Shown in pieces: positions 8,501 through 13,643 of a DNA stretch of 62,652 nt. How positions within the stretch are numbered: position 1 is the stretch's first letter; each line of letters starts with the position of its first letter. A program made the position numbers and the translations under genes. Origin of the DNA: Parcubacteria group bacterium (GTDB lineage Bacteria; Patescibacteriota; Minisyncoccia; Phycocordibacterales; Phycocordibacteraceae); contig JAQBRJ010000006.1 of the NCBI GenBank assembly GCA_028286545.1, positions 1-62,652 on the forward strand. Reading direction: 5' to 3'. A model generated the notes under the pieces. It saw only the letters and a list, made by a program, of their open reading frames with translations. It ran no database searches and had not been told where the DNA came from.

Positions 8501-10981
8501 ATGCAGGAGCTCTGGGCTAAAGGACTTATTGAACTCCCTGAAGCAAAATTTGGATGGAAGAATCCATATCTCCCGCTCGTAGCTCATTACGTTAATGATG
8601 GGGTTGTTGAGATATGGGAACACCAAGAAGCAATTTCGTGGCTCCTTGACCGGTTACTCCAGGAGAATAAGAAAGGTTCGGCTTTTTTGGAAGGCATCTT
8701 TAAAGAATATAAGGCACTCTTGAAGAAACTAAAGAAATTTCATAATAAGGAATCTCTATCAACCAAAGAGGCTGAAGAGTATGTAGATCTCATATACGAT
8801 GCTGCCTTCGCTATGACCTTGTTCTTTTACACGGGCTCAGACGAGCGAAGTCCAAAGGACGCACTCGAAATTTCTGTCAAAGCCCGTGAGATAGAAGACT
8901 TCTTTGCTGGTAATGATGTATTCGTAAGAAAGATCATTACCAATACGGCACACATTTCTGAAGAATTGGCAGGAGTCGTTCTTGCTGAAGAATTGAGTGC
9001 AAATGCGATACCTTCTTCTGAGACTCTTCAAAATCGACTTAAGAACTATCTTCTCATTGATGGGATGGAACGATGGACGAGTTCTCTCAAAGATTTTTCT
9101 ATAGCGTTCCCTGAATACATTTTCTTAGAGACAGAGGTAGAAGCGACCACTGAACTTCGTGGTCAATCAGCCTATAACGGAGTTGTTCAAGGCTCCGTAC
9201 GAATTGTTCGTAAACAGAGCGATATGGCAAAAGTTCTTGAAGGCAATATTCTCGTTTCGCCTATGACTACTCCTGATTTCCTTCCTGCCATGCTGCGAGC
9301 GGCAGCATTCGTAACGGATGAAGGAGGTATCACGTGTCATGCGGCAATTGTTGCTCGCGAGATGAAGAAACCTTGCGTAATAGGTACAAAAATTGCCACA
9401 CAGATTTTAAAGGATGGAGACGAAGTAGAGGTAGACGCAATCAACGGAATCGTTCGAATATTGAAATCGAACAGTGTAGTACGATCGCTCAGCAAAGAAG
9501 ACATTGTTATCGGTGATTGGGAATTTGAAGCGCAGCAGCGCGGTGAGCAACCAATCTTCCTCTGCGATCTCTTTAGTCGTGCCTTGGTTGGCATGATTCA
9601 TGAAATGACAGGAAAGAACGAATACTACGACTATCTCTTTACCGATTCGGACAAGCTCAACCACAGTCCCAAGCATCGAGATATCGTGTTGAACAAGACG
9701 CGCGAGGATATGCTCGATCCAGCAAAGAGAAAGGAATTCCTTCGGGGTTCAATAGAGATTCCTATGAGCTTCAATGCTGTTGCTGATGAAATTAATGAAA
9801 AGGTCAATGATTCTGTTTCAAACAAAGAGCTCGCACGACTCTGGAGAAATATGGATCGTGATTTCCTCAAGGTGATCCCATGGTTCTACTACCCGTGGTA
9901 TGTCTCGAAAGAGAATATGCTCACTGACTTTGTTAAAGCTGGGTTAGAGAAGCATCGTACTGAGATTGAAAAGGTCTGCGATATGGACGAAGCGCTTTTG
10001 GCGATAGTATTCCCGATAAAGAAAACGAACTTCCAGCTTGAGCAAGATGAGATGCTCGGACTCGTAACCATTGCTGAAGAGAATTCTGACTTTACAAACG
10101 ACGCCGTATTTAAGCAGCATGCTGCAGAGTACCTCAAGAAATATGACTACCTCACGACGTTCATACTTTCGCCGATACTCCCAATGACCTATGAACAACT
10201 CGTTGAACGGGTCAGTCAGAATGTAAAAGAATCATTCAAAGACAACTATGAGATTCAAAAGGAGGCAACACTCAAGAATCAGGAACGCGCAGAGCAGATT
10301 CTGAAGATAGTTTCTGATGACAACGAGATCATGCCGTGGATTGAGGACTCACGAGAACTTGGCTACGTGCTTACGGCAGGAATTGAAGAAGCGTATATGG
10401 CGTCTGCTCGCTATCTACCGTTTATACAATTCGTTGCAAAGCGAATCGGTGTGACATTTGAAGATACGAAATATCTTCTCTCTAATGAGATTGCCACCGC
10501 GCTAGAAGAAGATAAAAAGATTCCAGCAGAACTCATTGATGAGCGTCGTGACGGCTTTGTTCTCATGATGAAAGACGGCGTGCAATACACACTCTTTGGA
10601 AAGAAGGGTCATGAACTTAGCGCATGGATTGATAGCGAACTAAATAAGGTAGATGCATCGATCACAGAATTTACGGGGCAGCGTGCGTGTAAGGGCTTTG
10701 CAAAAGGGAAAGTTCGAATTGCAACCACTCCCGCACAAGCACATCTTCTTCAGGAAGGGGAGATACTCGTGTGTCCCATGACAAACCCTGACTACGTGCC
10801 TGCTATGCGCCGCTCTGCAGCTATCGTCACGGACGAAGGCGGATTGCTTTGCCACGCAGCAATTATGTCTCGTGAGTTCAACAAGCCCTGTATCATCGGC
10901 ACAAAGATTGCAACGCAGCTTTTGAAGGATGGAGATATGGTTGAGGTTGACGCAGACAAGGGAATTGTAAGAAAGCTATAA
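1646..10981 (+). CDS. Giant (3,111 aa) ATP-grasp / poly-swivel phosphotransferase: one PPDK_N domain plus seven PEP-utilising-enzyme mobile phosphohistidine domains
   Basis: Single uninterrupted ORF. The N-terminus carries [39 protein letters not shown] and VQSRPIT. There are seven copies of GG(I/V/L)(T/L)(S/C)HAAI..RE..KPC(V/I)IGT....L.DGD.VEVDA. No PEP/pyruvate TIM-barrel motifs are present. Confidence 0.92.
   Translation: [3111 protein letters not shown]
3683..3997 (+). repeat. Swivel phosphohistidine domain copy 1 of 7 (catalytic His codon 3866-3868, aa 741)
   Basis: [15 protein letters not shown]...[69 protein letters not shown]. Confidence 0.9.
5078..5392 (+). repeat. Swivel phosphohistidine domain copy 2 of 7 (His codon 5261-5263, aa 1206)
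   Basis: [15 protein letters not shown]...[67 protein letters not shown]. Confidence 0.9.
6095..6409 (+). repeat. Swivel phosphohistidine domain copy 3 of 7 (His codon 6278-6280, aa 1545)
   Basis: [15 protein letters not shown]...[69 protein letters not shown]. Confidence 0.9.
7118..7432 (+). repeat. Swivel phosphohistidine domain copy 4 of 7 (His codon 7301-7303, aa 1886)
   Basis: [15 protein letters not shown]...[69 protein letters not shown]. Confidence 0.9.
8144..8458 (+). repeat. Swivel phosphohistidine domain copy 5 of 7 (His codon 8327-8329, aa 2228)
   Basis: [15 protein letters not shown]...[67 protein letters not shown]. Confidence 0.9.
9155..9469 (+). repeat. Swivel phosphohistidine domain copy 6 of 7 (His codon 9338-9340, aa 2565)
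   Basis: [15 protein letters not shown]...[69 protein letters not shown]. Confidence 0.9.
10670..10978 (+). repeat. Swivel phosphohistidine domain copy 7 of 7 (His codon 10853-10855, aa 3070); the protein ends with it
   Basis: [15 protein letters not shown]...[67 protein letters not shown] followed by the stop codon. Confidence 0.9.
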
Positions 10982-10992
10982 ATACTATAATC

Positions 10993-11583
10993 ATGATCAA
11001 AGCCGTCATATTCGACCTCAACGGAGTCTTTATTCATAGCGAGAGATTGAGTGATCGCTTTGAACGCGACTTCGGCGTTCCCGTATCTGAATTTCTTCCG
11101 AAGCTTGGAGAAATAATGGACTTCGTGCGGAAGCCTGGTGCTGAGCCGGCGTTCAGGTATTGGGAACCTGCTCTGAAAGAATGGAATATATCCATGACAG
11201 AAGAGGAACTCTGGAAGTACTGGTTTGACGCTGAGATTCCTTCGGAAGAAATGATCGCTCTTGCACGGGAGTTGAAAGAGAAAGGAATAAAAGTCATAAC
11301 CCTTTCCAATAACTTTAAGGAGCGCGCAGAATACTACGGTCACTACCCTTGGATGCAGGATGTCATGGATAAGACGTATTTCTCATGGAAGACTGGGTTG
11401 GTGAAGCCAGATGTGGAAGCGTGGAAACTGGTTCTGTCAGATTTCGCACTTGAGCCGAGCGCGTGCCTCTATTTTGACGATCAACAAAAGAATCTGGATG
11501 CAGCTGAGAGTGTAGGAATACAATCGTGTATGTTTAAAAGTCCTGAAGATACGCGTACAATCATTGAGAATAGTATTTCATAA
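10993..11583 (+). CDS. HAD-superfamily hydrolase / phosphatase (subfamily IA-like)
   Basis: 196 aa. Motif I is AVIFDLNGV (second Asp replaced by Asn). TLSNN and the C-terminal YFDDQQKNLDAA fit HAD motifs II-IV. The gene starts 12 nt after the giant ORF stop. Confidence 0.7.
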   Translation: MIKAVIFDLNGVFIHSERLSDRFERDFGVPVSEFLPKLGEIMDFVRKPGAEPAFRYWEPALKEWNISMTEEELWKYWFDAEIPSEEMIALARELKEKGIKVITLSNNFKERAEYYGHYPWMQDVMDKTYFSWKTGLVKPDVEAWKLVLSDFALEPSACLYFDDQQKNLDAAESVGIQSCMFKSPEDTRTIIENSIS

Positions 11584-11588
11584 ATATC

Positions 11589-11957
11589 ATGTCATCCAAG
11601 CCAACTCTTCGCACGCCAGAAGCAGAACAAATATATAGAGAGTATCGTGCCAGTCTCCATCCGGACGATCCATGCGCCTTGTGCAATAAAGCGCCGGCAA
11701 CAAAATCATTTACACACTGGAAGATTGCCGAGAACTCATTCCCCTATGATCGTATCGCACAGAAACACGATATGCTTATGCCCATTAGGCACGTCACGGA
11801 AGCAGGCCTCACAGACGAAGAAGTACGAGAACTTTCAGAGATCAAAAATACTTCGATTGAAGAGTACAACTGGATACTTGAACCGACCCATAGCAACAAG
11901 TCGATCCCAGGCCATTTTCATCTGCATCTCATAGTAGGAAAGCTGTCAGAAGTCTAA
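11589..11957 (+). CDS. HIT (histidine triad) family protein
   Basis: 122 aa with a C-terminal histidine triad HFHLHLIV and an upstream CALC motif. It lies 5 nt after the HAD gene. Confidence 0.6.
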   Translation: MSSKPTLRTPEAEQIYREYRASLHPDDPCALCNKAPATKSFTHWKIAENSFPYDRIAQKHDMLMPIRHVTEAGLTDEEVRELSEIKNTSIEEYNWILEPTHSNKSIPGHFHLHLIVGKLSEV

Positions 11958-11987
11958 TATACGCCGAGGGCTGTTCTCAAATCCCTC

Positions 11988-12605
11988 ATGGCGTATACTA
12001 AGGACATGAACACGAACACATCGGAATTCCTTAAGAAATGGGGCGGAATATTGGTTACGCTAGTATTGCTTATAGTAGCTGGCCTTTTCATTACCTACAG
12101 CAAGAAATCAGCACCCGTAACACCGTCTGATTCTGCCGCCCTTTACCCAGGCCTCGCTTCAACGAGCGCATCCGCTCAAACAGGAGCAGGTACTTCAAAG
12201 CCTGTGAAGGGTCTCGTTGCTACGCCGGTTACCACAAACGCGACATACACCAATCCTTCTTGGGCTATCAAGTTTACCGTTCGCGGGGATTGGACATTGA
12301 ATACCATTCCCGATAGTACCGGTAAGCTTCATCAGGTCCAGCTTTCCGGTACAAAGAATGTAGTCTTCATTAGTAAGGACGAAGCGATCGGTCTTTCAGG
12401 CGACCTCGCGTATACGACTTCGACACGGACTATCGACGGACAGACGGTAACTGTTCGCACCTACAAGACTCCAAGCTCACAGTTTGCGGTATACCAACTC
12501 TTCACCCTTAAAGCTGCAGACGGAAACTACTCATTCCTCATCAAGAACGTATCTGCAGATACAAGCCAGACTGACTCGTTCATCAACTCGATCTCTAATT
12601 CTTAG
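11988..12605 (+). CDS. Hypothetical membrane-anchored protein
   Basis: 205 aa with one N-terminal TM helix (ILVTLVLLIVAGLFITY), a Ser/Ala/Thr-rich linker and a beta-rich C-terminal region. No family recognised. Confidence 0.5.
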   Translation: MAYTKDMNTNTSEFLKKWGGILVTLVLLIVAGLFITYSKKSAPVTPSDSAALYPGLASTSASAQTGAGTSKPVKGLVATPVTTNATYTNPSWAIKFTVRGDWTLNTIPDSTGKLHQVQLSGTKNVVFISKDEAIGLSGDLAYTTSTRTIDGQTVTVRTYKTPSSQFAVYQLFTLKAADGNYSFLIKNVSADTSQTDSFINSISNS

Positions 12606-12614
12606 AAATTACGC

Positions 12615-13160
12615 ATGGAGGCGAATATCTGGTTCTACACCTTTAGCACCGCCGCCCAAGTGATGGCGGGATTGGTAGGTCTATTCGCTGTCTTCGTGGT
12701 GTATAAGATTCAGGATTTTGGAGATACGCTTGAATCGGTGCGTAAACAATTTGTGAATGTTATTTCGCATGCGTCGAATAACACTGATGACTACGTGTCT
12801 ATCAAGTACGAAGATGCGCTCGTCATGGATGATTCGACGGTCCTTAATCATGCAAATAAGTTGCTTGCGCTGTATAACGATGTGCAAAAGCCACAGAAGC
12901 TTGTTATCCCTCATCTCACGAGAGAGAACCGCGATCTGTTTCAAACGTTAATTAGTACCAAACGTTACATCGTACACAAACTGGTTATTACGCTCGTATT
13001 GAGTCTTCTTGCCATAGCAATATCTCTATTTGCCCTTATCGCTACCAATTACTTCATCGGGTACAATCACGCGGTTCTGTTTCAGAATGTCTTCTACCTC
13101 TACTTCCTATTTTGTCTGGGATATATGGGGGTTGGTATCTACAAGATCGCCATCAAGTAA
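12615..13160 (+). CDS. Hypothetical integral membrane protein
   Basis: 181 aa with hydrophobic helices at both ends and a soluble middle. No family recognised. Confidence 0.5.
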   Translation: MEANIWFYTFSTAAQVMAGLVGLFAVFVVYKIQDFGDTLESVRKQFVNVISHASNNTDDYVSIKYEDALVMDDSTVLNHANKLLALYNDVQKPQKLVIPHLTRENRDLFQTLISTKRYIVHKLVITLVLSLLAIAISLFALIATNYFIGYNHAVLFQNVFYLYFLFCLGYMGVGIYKIAIK

Positions 13161-13163
13161 CAT

Positions 13164-13604
13164 ATGCAAATTAAAGAGTTGGGACACATTGTGCTGTACG
13201 TGACGAATGTCACGACGATGGCAAACTTTTATCGCGATACATTAGGCTTCAAAGAAATTGCACGTGAGCCTGGAATAGCGCTCTTTTCTTCCGGACGTAC
13301 GCATCACGAGATGCTTCTTATTGAAATAGGAGGTCGCCCAAAGCCCCAGCACGCACCCGAGCCAGGGTTGTATCACATCGGTTTCAAAATAGGAGATAGT
13401 ACTGAAGATGTGAAACAGGCATTCAAAGAACTCACACAGGCTGGCGTTACCATTATAGGCACGACTGACCACGGCGTAACGCATTCGTTGTATATTCTCG
13501 ATCCAGACGGCAACGAACTTGAACTGTATGCTGATGTGTCTGATGCTTGGAAGACTGACCCACAGGCGGTCCTTACTCCTGCACGTAGATTGGATCTCTC
13601 GTAG
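13164..13604 (+). CDS. VOC family protein (glyoxalase / bleomycin resistance / extradiol dioxygenase fold)
   Basis: 146 aa. LGHIVLYVTN...FYRDTLGF and HHEMLL...LYHIGF...SLYILDPDGNELELY are typical VOC beta-alpha-beta-beta-beta modules. Confidence 0.75.
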   Translation: MQIKELGHIVLYVTNVTTMANFYRDTLGFKEIAREPGIALFSSGRTHHEMLLIEIGGRPKPQHAPEPGLYHIGFKIGDSTEDVKQAFKELTQAGVTIIGTTDHGVTHSLYILDPDGNELELYADVSDAWKTDPQAVLTPARRLDLS

Positions 13605-13643
13605 AGTGCCTGAAGTTCGGAGTGGGTGGAGTATGATATTCAT

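Noticed and set aside
3683-10978. Regularly spaced ~315-nt repeats that could superficially suggest a CRISPR array or a satellite.
   Set aside because: The period is about 1 kb. The repeats are divergent at nucleotide level, lie in one continuous reading frame, and encode a well-known protein domain.
1646-10981. Possibility that the seven-fold repeat is an assembly artefact or a chimera of several PEP-synthase-like genes.
   Set aside because: I did not adopt this as the primary reading. The copies differ by many synonymous and non-synonymous changes, the spacers differ in length and sequence, and the frame is never broken. Long reads are still needed to settle it.
1652-11343. More than 30 antisense or off-frame ORFs of 60-183 aa inside the giant gene, several with recurring peptides such as IPLSASTSTSSPS...ICVA..VP...G...SR..IAA.
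   Set aside because: They fall exactly opposite the repeated swivel-domain codons. Their recurrence mirrors the sense-strand repeats. Their translations are low-complexity, and the sense frame has full-length domain homology.
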